64,000 bases of DNA, from NCBI GenBank assembly GCA_007376395.1, contig VMGE01000002.1:13118-77117 (forward strand). The letters run 5' to 3'. Both the position numbers and the translations under genes were made by a program. The DNA comes from Microgenomates group bacterium Gr01-1014_5 (lineage in GTDB: Bacteria > Patescibacteriota > Microgenomatia > UBA8517 > UBA10165). Under the pieces are notes generated by a model that searched no databases, was not told where the DNA came from, and worked only from the letters and a program-made list of their open reading frames with translations. The number at the start of each line of letters is the position of its first letter. Position 1 is the stretch's first letter. Shown here piece by piece: positions 28,312 to 38,364 of the stretch.

Positions 28312-28995
28312 TTATTTACTAATTCTCTTGTACCAATCTTCAAGGACTTTAGACACTAAATCTTTCGCGCCAAGACCAATAGAAAGGCCAAAGATTAGAG
28401 TTAGTGTGTAAGTTAAACCTTGGAAAAAGGTTTCACTTAAAGACTCGGCAATTTGCAGCTGGTCAATTGCCGCAAAGAAAGCAACAACCAAAATTACCCA
28501 GCGGGCAAGTCTGCCTACGGGCCGCGCCGCTTCGTGATCGATCGTCGCAAAAGCGCCGCGGACTAATCCATCAGCTAAATTGGCTATTACAAACCCCGCC
28601 CCAAAAATAAGAGCTGAGGCAAAGACGTTAGGTATATAGCCCAGCAATTGAGCCAAAACTTGAGAAACTGTCGTCAACCCTAAAACGTCGACCGCCGCCA
28701 AGAAAAAGACCAAGAGTAAAATCCAGCGGATAACATCTCCCACGAGTTCACTAGCTGAAAATTTAACTCCTGCTCGCTCCAAATACTTTGCAAAACCAGA
28801 GCTGTGAGAAATATCCTCTAGTTTCACCGCTTTAAGTAATTCCTCGATCAACCTTTTTCCCCAAGATGCAATCACGATTCCTACGACAAAAATGATAATT
28901 GAACCAATTAATCTGGGTACAAAAGCGAGGAGGGTATTCGATACTTGAAGCCAAGAAGCAAGGAGTGCACTCTGCCAAACTTGTAGTACGTTCAT
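28312..28995 (-). CDS. membrane protein with repeated conserved TM-helix motifs (mechanosensitive-channel N-terminal-like, CmpX-like)
   Basis: 227 aa, all helical/hydrophobic with internally repeated TM-helix units. Confidence 0.4.
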   Translation of the reverse strand: MNVLQVWQSALLASWLQVSNTLLAFVPRLIGSIIIFVVGIVIASWGKRLIEELLKAVKLEDISHSSGFAKYLERAGVKFSASELVGDVIRWILLLVFFLAAVDVLGLTTVSQVLAQLLGYIPNVFASALIFGAGFVIANLADGLVRGAFATIDHEAARPVGRLARWVILVVAFFAAIDQLQIAESLSETFFQGLTYTLTLIFGLSIGLGAKDLVSKVLEDWYKRISK

Positions 28996-29087
28996 GTGTT
29001 CTCACCTCCCGCCATATAACGTAATTTGTATATTTTGCTCAGTATCGTGAAAACTTAGATAGTTGTCAAGTGTTTTTCATTATCGGC

Positions 29088-29116
29088 TTGAAAAATAAGG
29101 CCAATAAGGGTATAAT
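29088..29116 (+). promoter_or_regulatory. sigma-70-type promoter of rnpB
   Basis: TTGAAA (29088-93), 17-nt spacer, TATAAT (29111-16), ~10 nt upstream of the RNase P RNA 5' end. Confidence 0.55.
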
Positions 29117-29126
29117 TATTCACCCT

Positions 29127-29478
29127 AGGAAGCAGGACGATTAGGCGCCAACAGCTACTTTGGTTGCGGGTGTCAGGAAAGTCCAGGCAGCAGGAAGCAG
29201 GGTGCCCAGCGTAAGCTGGGGCGGGAGACCGCCAGTAAGAGCCACAGAGACTACGACTCATTTCTAACCGAAAGGTTGGAAAAAGAGGGTGAAAAGCCCC
29301 ATACACTCCGCAAGGAGCCGAGGGGTCCTTCCATAGCTCGCAAGAGCGACGGAGGGAGGCAATCCTCCCCGCTGCAACCTCCGAATGGTGTGTTTGACCG
29401 GCTTCCGGAAGCACCGAAGTTTGAGGGCTTAGACAGATTATCGTCGAGAAACAGAACCTGGCTTACTAGCTTCCTGGG
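29127..29478 (+). ncRNA. rnpB: RNase P RNA, bacterial type A
   Basis: P4 halves AGGAAAGTCCAGGC (5') and ACAGAACCTGGCTTA (3'); P1 pairs GGAAGC with GCTTCC. No believable ORF on either strand. Confidence 0.75.
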
Positions 29479-29486
29479 ATATGATT

Positions 29487-29515
29487 AGCGCACGCCTAAA
29501 GCGTGCGCTTTTCTG
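29487..29515 (+). terminator. intrinsic terminator of rnpB
   Basis: AGCGCACGC-ctaaa-GCGTGCGCT hairpin followed by TTTTCT. Confidence 0.55.
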
Positions 29516-29525
29516 TATAGGGCTA

Positions 29526-29621
29526 GCAAGGTTCTCACGAAGTGAGGTTCTTACAATTACTGAGTGCAACGAAGTATATTGCAAGGTTCTCGCGAAGTGA
29601 GGTTCTTACTAGCTTCCTGGG
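29526..29621. repeat. tandem 29-nt hairpin repeats plus a 17-nt duplicate of the rnpB 3' end
   Basis: GCAAGGTTCTC(A/G)CGAAGTGAGGTTCTTAC at 29526-54 and 29581-609, each with an internal CTCAC-GAA-GTGAG hairpin. CTTACTAGCTTCCTGGG at 29605-21 is identical to rnpB 29462-78. Confidence 0.6.
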
Positions 29622-29627
29622 TATATG

Positions 29628-29655
29628 AAAAAGGTCACCGAAAGGTGGCCTTTTT
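29628..29655 (-). terminator. terminator of the AI-2E transporter gene (possibly bidirectional)
   Basis: AGGTCACC-gaaa-GGTGGCCT hairpin flanked by A5/T5 runs, immediately 3' of the minus-strand stop at 29655. Confidence 0.45.
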
Positions 29656-30686
29656 CACTTTTTGGTCTCAACCTGGCTATCTTCAAGTGTTCGTAGGTGG
29701 CGGACTAAAAAAACTTCTAGAGCTAATAAATGAAGAACTATTAATATGGGTACTGCCAAAACTGCTCCTATCACCCCTGCAAGCTTAAATCCAACACCTA
29801 AGGCGACAATAGTAACTAAAGGGTTAACTCCTGTTGCCTTTTGCATTACTTTGGGTAGAATAAAGACGTTTTCAGCTTGCTGTACGATAAAATACAAAGC
29901 GGCAGTAGCCAAAGCAATGACCGGTGAAACAGTTAAGGCTAAAAGAATCGCAGGGATAGAAGAAATAATCGGCCCAATCGTAGGCACAATTTCTAACAAA
30001 CCTGCAAGAATTGCCAAAGGCAAAGCGTACGGAATCCCCAAGAGAAAGAGTCCAATGTAGGTAATTACCCCGATTATGGTCATGAGCATTAACTCTCCTC
30101 TTACCCACCCCCCAAGCCGGACTTCGAGTTTGTCAGCAAAAGACTTTGCTTGTTTTTCTCCTCCTTGGCCAAACAAAACTAAAAGATACCGGTCTAAATT
30201 CTTCCTCTCCAAAAGCAAATAGAAAGTAATCACCAAAACTGTAAAGACTCCGATTAAATTAGAAAAGAAAGAAATCAAAACACGAACTAAATTGGCAGGA
30301 ATCGTGCCTAGTTGTGTGGCCTGCTGGGAGATCAAATCTCTATCTACAACAACTCCCATATTGCCCAACCAAAGAGTCAGCTGATCAAACAAAACCGGCG
30401 CACGGTTAACTAAATTCGTAGTTTGTTCAATTAAAGGAGGCACAACACCTGTTAATCCTGTAATAAAAATTCCGATTACCAAAAGATATACAACCAATAT
30501 TGCCAAACTCCTAGGGATTCCAAGTTTTGAAACCATATCAACAAGCGGGTTAAGAGCGGTCATTAGGAGAAAAGCTACAAAAAGCCCAAGGATAATGGAG
30601 CTGATTTGCAATACCAGCCAAATCAGACCAATAAAAAGCACGGCAAAAACAATCGTCCTATGGGAAATCTCAATTATACGCGGCAT
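29655..30686 (-). CDS. AI-2E family transporter (PerM/UPF0118)
   Basis: 343 aa, 8 TM, typical AI-2E hydrophobicity profile and length. Confidence 0.75.
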   Translation of the reverse strand: MPRIIEISHRTIVFAVLFIGLIWLVLQISSIILGLFVAFLLMTALNPLVDMVSKLGIPRSLAILVVYLLVIGIFITGLTGVVPPLIEQTTNLVNRAPVLFDQLTLWLGNMGVVVDRDLISQQATQLGTIPANLVRVLISFFSNLIGVFTVLVITFYLLLERKNLDRYLLVLFGQGGEKQAKSFADKLEVRLGGWVRGELMLMTIIGVITYIGLFLLGIPYALPLAILAGLLEIVPTIGPIISSIPAILLALTVSPVIALATAALYFIVQQAENVFILPKVMQKATGVNPLVTIVALGVGFKLAGVIGAVLAVPILIVLHLLALEVFLVRHLRTLEDSQVETKK

Positions 30687-30693
30687 ACCAACC

Positions 30694-31650
30694 TTAATTG
30701 TACCAATTTTGAACCAAAATCTCTACTTCCTGTCGCCAATTCTCTCTTGAAACATCAAACCATTTTAATTCTTTGTATTTTTTAAACCAGGTAAGTTGGC
30801 GGCGTGCATACCTTTGTTCAGCTTTTATCCAATTTTTAATACACACTTCAAGATTTTCCCTTTTTTCAAAATATGGCTTTAGTTCTCGATAGCCAATCCC
30901 GGTCATGGACTGTGCGTCCCAGGAAACACCTTGTGAGATAAGTTTTTCCACTTCACCTAGGGCACCTTCTTCCAACCGTTTCAATATTCCTTTTTTAATC
31001 TTTTCAAACATAACGTCTCTTGGCGCAATCAACCCAATAAGTAAATAGTTAAATTCTTTACTCTGTCTCTTACTCTGTCTCTCTCTTGAAAGCCCCACTT
31101 CAATTGCTCGAAGCAGACGTCTTGGATTTTTCTTGTCCGATTGATTCATGTTTGCCGCACGAATTGCATCAACTGATGCCAAAGTCTCATAAAGTTCTTT
31201 TGCCGATTTTCCCTCCATTTCAGTTCTTAACTTTTTATTTGGTGGAATATCGATTGATTCAATCTTTTTTATTAGCGACTCTATGTATAGCCCTGTACCG
31301 CCAACCACAATAGGCAACCTATCTTTTTGTAGCAACCGGTCTATCGTTTTCTTTGCCTCTTTTCTCCATTGAGAAACGCTAAATGGCGCAGTCGGTGTAA
31401 CTATATCTGTAAGCCATATCTTTAATCTACTGTCTGTCCAATAACCAATTTCTTCTGCGCCTAATTTCAAATTTGAAATTTTAAATTTAAAATTCACAGG
31501 AATGCCTTTTCCTGTGATAACATCCATCCCGCGGTATACCTGACGGGAATCAGCAGATACTAATTCCCCGCCAAATTTTTCCGCCAAATGAAGCGCAAGG
31601 GATGTCTTGCCAGTAGCCGTAGGTCCGCAAATTACGAGAAGTTTGTTCAT
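30694..31650 (-). CDS. miaA: tRNA dimethylallyltransferase
   Basis: VICGPTATGKTSLAL P-loop and ...SADSRQVYRGMDVITGK. Start set at the internal Met (MNKLLVICG) to remove overlap with hup. Confidence 0.8.
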   Translation of the reverse strand: MNKLLVICGPTATGKTSLALHLAEKFGGELVSADSRQVYRGMDVITGKGIPVNFKFKISNLKLGAEEIGYWTDSRLKIWLTDIVTPTAPFSVSQWRKEAKKTIDRLLQKDRLPIVVGGTGLYIESLIKKIESIDIPPNKKLRTEMEGKSAKELYETLASVDAIRAANMNQSDKKNPRRLLRAIEVGLSRERQSKRQSKEFNYLLIGLIAPRDVMFEKIKKGILKRLEEGALGEVEKLISQGVSWDAQSMTGIGYRELKPYFEKRENLEVCIKNWIKAEQRYARRQLTWFKKYKELKWFDVSRENWRQEVEILVQNWYN

Positions 31651-31675
31651 TACTAAATTATACAGTGAAGTGTCT

Positions 31676-31945
31676 CTATCCTTTAATTTTTCTTCTGAGG
31701 GTTTTTCCTGCGCGGAAGGAGGCCACACGGTGCGAGGAAACCTTTTCTTGCTTACCGCGCAAATACATTACTTTTTCTTTACGCTGTACAACATCAAACG
31801 TGCCAAACCCGGAAAGAATAACCTTTTCTCCTTTGACCAAAGCCCTTTGGATTTCTGCCAAAAATGTTTCAACTGCTTCAGTAGAAGCCTTCTTGGTTAA
31901 ATGCGCTTTTCTAGTTACCAGCTCGATTAAGTCTTTTTTAGTCAT
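31676..31945 (-). CDS. hup: HU family DNA-binding protein
   Basis: MTKKDLIELV...FGTFDVVQRKEK...R..RNP-like arm; 89 aa. Confidence 0.8.
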   Translation of the reverse strand: MTKKDLIELVTRKAHLTKKASTEAVETFLAEIQRALVKGEKVILSGFGTFDVVQRKEKVMYLRGKQEKVSSHRVASFRAGKTLRRKIKG

Positions 31946-32023
31946 CTCTCGTCGTTCCTCCTCGAGACAAGTTATTTTTAGGATTGGCTCAAGATTAACA
32001 GATTAAAATTAAATGTCAACAAA

Positions 32024-33187
32024 TTATTTAGCGCGTGTGATTTCTGTTGCTTGGGTCTGGCGTAAAACTGTAACTTTTATTTGCCCTGCGTAACTTGCTT
32101 CATTCTCTAATTTTCTGGCCAGATCGTGTGTTAGCACCGTCATTTCGTCGTCTGAAACTTCTTCAGGATTAACTACAACTCTAACTTCCCGTCCTGCTTG
32201 GAATGCAAAAACTTGATCAACTCCGGCAAAACTTCTGGCAATCTCTTCGATTTTTTCCATTCTTTTAACATAGTCTTCGTGCGGCTCGTAACGCGCACCT
32301 GGCCGAGAACCAGAAATAGCATCGGCAATATAAACGGTTACCGATTCAAGCGAAGTAAAAGGCGTATCTTCGTGATGTTCGGCAATTGCATTTACCACCG
32401 AATCCGCAATGCTGAACTTCTTCAAAAGATCCACTCCGAGTTTAACGTGATTACCCTCTTCATCGGTAACTATTTTCCCAATATCGTGGAGTAAACATCC
32501 GCGCCGTACTATCTCAACATCCGCGCCGATTTCTGACGCAATCTGTACGCCCATCTTTGTTTCTTCAATCGTGTGATGGCCTAGGTTTTGACCGTAAGAA
32601 GTTCTAAATCTGTAGCGTCCAACCATTTTTACCAAATCAAGCGGGAGGTCATAAACACCACATGAATGGCAAATTCTTTTACCTTCTTCAAGTAAAAAGA
32701 CGTCTAATTGTTTTTGGGTTTGAGCAACAATCTCTTCAATTCTTGAAGGCTGGATTCTTCCGTCTTTAACTAATGCTTCCAAAGCACGTCTCGCAACTTC
32801 CCGGCGGATTGCGTCGAACGAAGAAAGTCGAATATCGTTGGATTCGTCAATTTCGATCTCTACTCCCGTGGCTTGTTCAAAAGCGCGGATGTTGCGTCCT
32901 TCGCGACCGATAATTCTTCCTTTTACTTCTTCGTCCGGCAAACGAACCGTCGAAATTGTGTATTCAGCAACATAGTCAGTTGCGCCGTGCTGCATTGCGT
33001 CAACTAAAATTTCTTTTGCGTGTTGGGCGGCATCAAGTTTGATGTCGTCTTCAAATTGCCGTAAACGTTTGGCTTTTTCATTTACCAGCTCGCGGTCAAG
33101 TTCTTCAAGAAGTTTTTTCTTCGCTTCGTCTCGGGTAAGATTTGATACCTGTTCAAGTTTTTTTAGATAATCGTCTTTTGTAGCCAT
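32024..33187 (-). CDS. rny: ribonuclease Y (KH + HD domains, no N-terminal TM)
   Basis: Coiled-coil N-terminus, KH (IGREGRNIRAFE), HD (LLHDIGK). Confidence 0.75.
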   Translation of the reverse strand: MATKDDYLKKLEQVSNLTRDEAKKKLLEELDRELVNEKAKRLRQFEDDIKLDAAQHAKEILVDAMQHGATDYVAEYTISTVRLPDEEVKGRIIGREGRNIRAFEQATGVEIEIDESNDIRLSSFDAIRREVARRALEALVKDGRIQPSRIEEIVAQTQKQLDVFLLEEGKRICHSCGVYDLPLDLVKMVGRYRFRTSYGQNLGHHTIEETKMGVQIASEIGADVEIVRRGCLLHDIGKIVTDEEGNHVKLGVDLLKKFSIADSVVNAIAEHHEDTPFTSLESVTVYIADAISGSRPGARYEPHEDYVKRMEKIEEIARSFAGVDQVFAFQAGREVRVVVNPEEVSDDEMTVLTHDLARKLENEASYAGQIKVTVLRQTQATEITRAK

Positions 33188-33307
33188 AAATTATATTTTT
33201 GAAGAAAATGAAGAAAACACTATTATTTCAAGTGTCTGGAGACAAAAGTAGTTTTTGAGCTTTGTCCTACCATTCTTCTTTTCCTCAAACTTACATATTG
33301 TACTACT

Positions 33308-33925
33308 TTACAAAAACCTGGTCAACACTTTTTTAATTGTTTCCCAAGAAAACCCTCTTCTTGCAAGAAATTCTGCCAACTTTTTCCTCGCCTCTTTCTC
33401 CGGCAATGCCCTTAACCTTGGCCACCGCTTCTCAGCCACTCTAATGGCAATTTCTAAATCTGTCTGTGTTTCAGTTTGACCTAGCGCTTCTTCTATAATT
33501 TCATCCCTTATTCCTTTAATTCTTAATTCATACTTCAAGATTTTTTGGGGTTTAGGGCGGAACACCGTCCGTTGTTCAATCCACCATTTGGCAAAAGCAA
33601 GATCATCTACTAATCCCAGCTTTGTTAGCCTGTTCAAGGCGACCCCTTGCACAACTTCGTCAACTTTCTTTTTTTTAAACCAAAGTTTTATTTCCCTCTC
33701 TGAATGGGGACGGGAAGTAACAAACCGCAAAACACGGGTAAAAACTTTATCTTGATTGCTTTGTTCTTTTAAAGTATCGATTTGCCCACCGCTTAACTCT
33801 TGTCCAACCTTTAAATGGTTTGATAACAAAGATTCTAAAGTTACACCGAATGCAAACTTTCCATCAAGGTAAACACTTACCCTGTTTTGGTCTTTTTGTT
33901 GGACAATACGGGTTATTTGAGGCAC
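33308..33925 (-). CDS. recX: recombination regulator RecX
   Basis: 205-aa helical repeat protein immediately downstream of recA. Confidence 0.7.
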   Translation of the reverse strand: MPQITRIVQQKDQNRVSVYLDGKFAFGVTLESLLSNHLKVGQELSGGQIDTLKEQSNQDKVFTRVLRFVTSRPHSEREIKLWFKKKKVDEVVQGVALNRLTKLGLVDDLAFAKWWIEQRTVFRPKPQKILKYELRIKGIRDEIIEEALGQTETQTDLEIAIRVAEKRWPRLRALPEKEARKKLAEFLARRGFSWETIKKVLTRFL

Positions 33926-35010
33926 TAGTCTTCTGTTTCTTCGCCAAGTTCTACCGGGAGTTTTTTCGCAGAAGCGGCGGCATCGCGGACTTTTTTCTCA
34001 ATTTCTTCTGCTAATTTTATATTGTCGTTTAAAGCAGTAACCACCGCAACTTTTCCTTGCCCTAATATCGCATCGTTATAACGGTAAAAAGCGCCGGCTT
34101 TTTGTAAAATTCCAAGTTCGACTCCCACATCAACCAGCCCTGCAATTTTGGAAATCCCGCCTTCGTTCATAATGTCGAATTCCGCTACTCTAAACGGAGG
34201 GGCGACTTTATTTTTAACAACTCTTGCGCGGTGGCGCGAACCAATAACCAAGTCTCCGTCTTTTATCGCCTCAATTTTTCTCACATCAATCCTCACGGAT
34301 GCATAAAACTTAAGCGCCAACCCGCCCGGGGTTGTCTCGGGGTTGCCAAACATAACTCCGATTTTGAGACGAAGCTGGTTGGTAAAAATAACAGTCGTGT
34401 GTGTTTTGTTAATAGCACCTGTTAATTTCCTTAAAGCCTGAGACATCAGGCGCGCTTGCATTCCCATTACTGCATCTCCCATCTCTCCCTCAATTTCAGC
34501 TTTTGGAACAAGCGCGGCAACAGAATCAACGACAACCACATCAATGGCGCCAGACCTGACTAAAGTTTCCACAATTTCCAACGCCTGTTCGCCTGTGTCT
34601 GGTTGGGAAACAAGAAGGTCGTCGATATTTACCCCAATTGCCTCTGCGCGGGACGGGTCTAAAGCATGCTCTGCATCTACAAATGCGGCGGTACCCCCCA
34701 TTTTCTGCGCTTCTGCAATAATATGCAGGGTCAAAGTTGTTTTCCCTGAAGCTTCAGGTCCAAAGACTTCAACAACCCTTCCCCGAGGAACCCCACCAAT
34801 TCCAAGAGCCAGGTCTAAAGCAATACACCCTGTAGGTATAACATCGGTTTTGCTAGTGGCTGACGCTTTTTCACCAAGGCGCATAATAGAACCTGTGCCG
34901 TACTGTTTATCGATTTGTTCCATTGCGACTTTAATCGCTTGAAGTTTTTGTGAAGCCTCAGAAGATTTAACTGCTTCCACCTCTCCATCCGTACTTTTTG
35001 CTCTTGCCAT
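33925..35010 (-). CDS. recA: recombinase RecA
   Basis: [10 protein letters not shown] Walker A and the L1/L2 loop regions. Start set at MARAKST... because the longer ORF adds a non-conserved 29-aa extension. Confidence 0.9.
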   Translation of the reverse strand: MARAKSTDGEVEAVKSSEASQKLQAIKVAMEQIDKQYGTGSIMRLGEKASATSKTDVIPTGCIALDLALGIGGVPRGRVVEVFGPEASGKTTLTLHIIAEAQKMGGTAAFVDAEHALDPSRAEAIGVNIDDLLVSQPDTGEQALEIVETLVRSGAIDVVVVDSVAALVPKAEIEGEMGDAVMGMQARLMSQALRKLTGAINKTHTTVIFTNQLRLKIGVMFGNPETTPGGLALKFYASVRIDVRKIEAIKDGDLVIGSRHRARVVKNKVAPPFRVAEFDIMNEGGISKIAGLVDVGVELGILQKAGAFYRYNDAILGQGKVAVVTALNDNIKLAEEIEKKVRDAAASAKKLPVELGEETED

Positions 35011-35086
35011 TTCGGCACAGTATAACATTTTTTTGGGACAATACAACTGCCTTGATTTTTGCTCATTTGAAATGTATTCTTGTTGA

Positions 35087-36910
35087 ATGAAAAACAAACT
35101 ACCGTTGGAGAACCCGAAGGCAACTTTGTTGCCTTCGTGGGATTTATCCAGTCTTTATAAAAGCATTACTGATCCGAAAATTGCCAAAGACTTAAAACTT
35201 ACCCTGTGGCAAGCCAAAAGTTTTAACAAAAAATACAAAGGTTCTCTTGAAAGCATCACAGCTAAAAAACTTGCTGGGGCGCTTTGTAAATATGAAACAA
35301 TTCTCCAGGAAGCCGTAAAACCGGTAACCTTCGCGACTCTCATCTTTGCTGAAAATAGCAATAATTCCAAAAATAGCGCTTTTTACCAAGAAATGAAGGC
35401 GAGACACCTGGAAATTTACCAGCAGGTGTTGTTTTTTGAATTAGAACTTTTACAACTTCCCGAGAATAAATTAGTCAGTTTGACAAAAGATGAAGCTCTA
35501 CAAAACTATCACCATTTCTTAAAACTTCTTTTAATCAACAAGTCTCACAGGCTATCGGAAAAAGAAGAGCGTATTTTTAACGATAAATCATTAACCGGAA
35601 GCGGAGCGTTCGTCCGCTTGTTTGACGAAGAGCTGGCGAGAAAAAAGTTTGATTTTACGCTCCGCGGTAAGAAAAAACTATTAAATGAGTCTGTACTTTT
35701 AGACTTGTTCCACAATCCAGACAGAGAAACAAGAAAGGCTGCCGCGCTGGCCTTGTCAAAGGGTTTACAAGAAGAGCTCAAAAGACTGACTTTTATAACT
35801 AATATCCTTGCCGAAGACAAAGCCGTCAACGACCGCTATTTTAAATACCAATATCCCGAAGAATCCCGGCATCTGGCGAACGAAATAGACCGCGAAACTG
35901 TTGAAACCCTAACTCGGGTTGTCACTAAAAACTACAAAATTGTACAAGAATATTACACTTTTAAAAAATCTGTTTTGGGCTATAAAACTCTTGAAGTTTA
36001 TGATGTTTATGCTCCGAGCGGAAAAACCACGAAGAAAATATCCTACCAAGAAGCAAAAAATATTACTCTTTCCTCGTTTACCAAGTTTACTCCGGAATAC
36101 AGCGGGGCAGCCAAACTTTTCTTTGACAATAACTGGATCGACGTTGGAATTAAGGAAGGGAAACGCGGCGGAGCATTTTGCGAATATGTTACTCCGGATT
36201 TACACCCCTTTATTTTAATGAATTACTCTGGCAACATCCGCGACGTCCTCACTCTAGCACACGAGTTGGGACATGGCGTAAACGCTTATTATTCAAGAAA
36301 ACAAACTTATCTAAATTTTGATTGGCCGCTAATCCTTGCTGAAACCGCTAGTGTGTTTGCTGAAATGCTGGTATTTGATCACTTGAAAGAAGAGCTTTCA
36401 CCTCGCGAAAAATTTTCTCTTTATATGAGTAAAGTTGAAGATATCTTTGCTACTATTTTTCGCCAAATTTCGATGTACCAATTTGAACAAGATATCCATT
36501 ACGCCCGAGGTAAAAAAGGAGAGTTAACAGCAGAAGAAATCGGAAAACTCTGGAATAAACGCCGGCGCGAAATGTTTGGAAACTCAGTAGAAGTCTCAGA
36601 TGATTACAATTCTTGGTGGAGTTATATTCCTCATTTTAAACACACGCCATTCTATGTTTATGCTTATGCGTTTGGCGAGCTGTTAACTTTGTCTTTATAT
36701 AACGAGTATAAAAAAGACAAAGAGGAATTTGTTCCTAAATATCTTGAACTCTTGTCCGCCGGGGGCACTAAAACCCCGGAAGAGTTATTAAAACCCTTGG
36801 GGGTAAACCTTAAAGATGAAAAGTTTTGGCAGGGAGGAGTTGACCTTATCAATAATCTTGTACGGGAAACAAGAAAGATGTATGCTAAAAATATTAAGGG
36901 TAAAGATTAA
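35087..36910 (+). CDS. pepF: oligoendopeptidase F (M3 family)
   Basis: HELGHGVN (HEXXH) with downstream E; ~600 aa M3B architecture. Confidence 0.8.
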   Translation: MKNKLPLENPKATLLPSWDLSSLYKSITDPKIAKDLKLTLWQAKSFNKKYKGSLESITAKKLAGALCKYETILQEAVKPVTFATLIFAENSNNSKNSAFYQEMKARHLEIYQQVLFFELELLQLPENKLVSLTKDEALQNYHHFLKLLLINKSHRLSEKEERIFNDKSLTGSGAFVRLFDEELARKKFDFTLRGKKKLLNESVLLDLFHNPDRETRKAAALALSKGLQEELKRLTFITNILAEDKAVNDRYFKYQYPEESRHLANEIDRETVETLTRVVTKNYKIVQEYYTFKKSVLGYKTLEVYDVYAPSGKTTKKISYQEAKNITLSSFTKFTPEYSGAAKLFFDNNWIDVGIKEGKRGGAFCEYVTPDLHPFILMNYSGNIRDVLTLAHELGHGVNAYYSRKQTYLNFDWPLILAETASVFAEMLVFDHLKEELSPREKFSLYMSKVEDIFATIFRQISMYQFEQDIHYARGKKGELTAEEIGKLWNKRRREMFGNSVEVSDDYNSWWSYIPHFKHTPFYVYAYAFGELLTLSLYNEYKKDKEEFVPKYLELLSAGGTKTPEELLKPLGVNLKDEKFWQGGVDLINNLVRETRKMYAKNIKGKD

Positions 36911-36913
36911 ACC

Positions 36914-37159
36914 GTGCAAAAACTTCTTTTACTTATTGTAACAATCTTATTTATAATCGTTGGTTGGCAGTTTTTTCTTTACAAACAATCCGTTAATCAG
37001 CCAGTAAGCTGTAACGGGGACTGGTCTTATAATGTTAAATGCGGCACAGGAACAAGCTGCAAATCGCTTGGGGAAGGACCTCTAGCAGGCGGTGTCTGCG
37101 AACCGTACTTATCGCCTTTGTTTGAAAAGTTCTTTACCCCTGTTTTTCCCCGCGAGTGA
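36914..37159 (+). CDS. small secreted/membrane Cys-rich protein
   Basis: 81 aa with N-terminal TM/signal and 6 Cys in 40 residues. Confidence 0.3.
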   Translation: MQKLLLLIVTILFIIVGWQFFLYKQSVNQPVSCNGDWSYNVKCGTGTSCKSLGEGPLAGGVCEPYLSPLFEKFFTPVFPRE

Positions 37160-37209
37160 TTGCCATATTTTATGTAAAAGGGTAGAAGAAAAATTTATTT
37201 TGAAGCTAT

Positions 37210-38049
37210 TTACCTACCTCTACCAAAAAATCTGCCGAGTCCTGTTCGTGCCTTAGCAATTCCAACTGCTGTGTCTTGAGAACCTACATCTTTTACCTCC
37301 ATACCAATTTGTTTTTTAACACTTAATGCTGTTCGTCCTGTTACCTGCGCCGCTTCTATTTTTGGTTGATATATTGCTTCTACTCTTTTTATACTTGCTT
37401 GTAATGCTTTATCTACCGTAACTTGATCCGCCGGTTGAAAAACAAATCTCATTTGATCTTTTTTTCCTGAATTAACAGTTAATCCGTGTCCAATGAGACC
37501 AACTTTCTCGCGATCAGTAATTACTGGTCCTGTTTTTGAATCTGATGTCGTACTTTTTAAGGCGTCCCCAATTACATTATGAAAGGCATAACCTTCTTCC
37601 CGAGGTGATCTATTATCATCCGTCGAAAATCTTGTGCGTCCTAAATGAAAATCATATAAATAAAACCCACCATCTGTTACTAAAACATAGGTAAGTGAGG
37701 ATCTTTGATCAGTTCCCCCGTTCCAAACTGTTTTGCCTCCAGCATCTTTTATATAATCTGGAGAGTAAGGCTCTATTATAGGAGCTGCAAGAATAATGCC
37801 GTGTGAGTCAGGATCTTCGGGACTGCCAACTGACACACAGAAATTACCAATTCTTCCTCTCGCTTCTTCCATGCCAGCCATAGTAGCTCGCATTGTTTCT
37901 TTTGCTTTACTTGTTTGTTGTTCAGCGTCTCTTTTAAAAGGAGGAGAATTTCTTACAACATCATCAATTCTCTTTGCTGTTTGATCCAACCCTGGCTGCT
38001 GATCTATTCCCATAAGGTTATTATAAAGTACATAAAGATACAGGGTCAA
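37210..38049 (-). CDS. hypothetical protein
   Basis: 279-aa ORF with coding character; no motif recognised. Confidence 0.35.
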   Translation of the reverse strand: MTLYLYVLYNNLMGIDQQPGLDQTAKRIDDVVRNSPPFKRDAEQQTSKAKETMRATMAGMEEARGRIGNFCVSVGSPEDPDSHGIILAAPIIEPYSPDYIKDAGGKTVWNGGTDQRSSLTYVLVTDGGFYLYDFHLGRTRFSTDDNRSPREEGYAFHNVIGDALKSTTSDSKTGPVITDREKVGLIGHGLTVNSGKKDQMRFVFQPADQVTVDKALQASIKRVEAIYQPKIEAAQVTGRTALSVKKQIGMEVKDVGSQDTAVGIAKARTGLGRFFGRGR

Positions 38050-38144
38050 GAAGGTGTTATGGTTTATTGAAGTTTTTGCTATAATAGGTGAGCTTCGGGG
38101 AGTAGTTTACCGGTAGAATGCGCGGATGGCCCCGTACAAATTTT

Positions 38145-38215
38145 CGGGATGTAGTATAGTGGTAGTATTTGCGCATGGGGTGCGTAAGGTCCCGGTTCGA
38201 TTCCGGGCATCCCGA
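38145..38215 (+). tRNA. tRNA-Pro (anticodon GGG), CCA not encoded
   Basis: Acceptor CGGGATG/CATCCCG with C1-G72 (bacterial tRNA-Pro hallmark), D-loop AGTGGTAG, anticodon loop ATGGGGT (U33, GGG, G37), T-arm CCCGG-TTCGATT-CCGGG. The track ORF 38107..38397 (-) is spurious over it. Confidence 0.7.
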
Positions 38216-38364
38216 CTGAAAAATTTTACGGGGTAAAGGTGCGGCCTGCCCCGACGGAGTTCAATGGCGCTCTTCGACATATATGGTAAAGTTAACTTTG
38301 GAGCGAAGCAAGCCATATAAATCTGCGATTTATATTCTCCGCTCCCCGACCAAGTTAGACTCTG

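Noticed and set aside
29100-29500. GC-rich ORF-free segment considered as tmRNA (ssrA) or as protein-coding (track ORFs 29055..29414 minus, 29276..29488 plus)
   Set aside because: There is no tRNA-like 3' end or tag-peptide reading frame. Instead the RNase P P4 halves (AGGAAAGTCCAGGC / ACAGAACCTGGCTTA) and P1 pairing are present, with a promoter and terminator framing it. The overlapping ORFs are artefacts of a structured RNA.
30694-31728. Long form of miaA overlapping the hup gene by 53 nt
   Set aside because: The N-terminal 26 residues are non-conserved. The internal Met (MNKLLVICG, 31650) gives canonical MiaA and removes the overlap.
33925-35097. Long form of recA (390 aa) with a 29-aa N-terminal extension
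   Set aside because: The extension ([29 protein letters not shown]) is unlike any RecA N-terminus. MARAKST... aligns with the conserved start.
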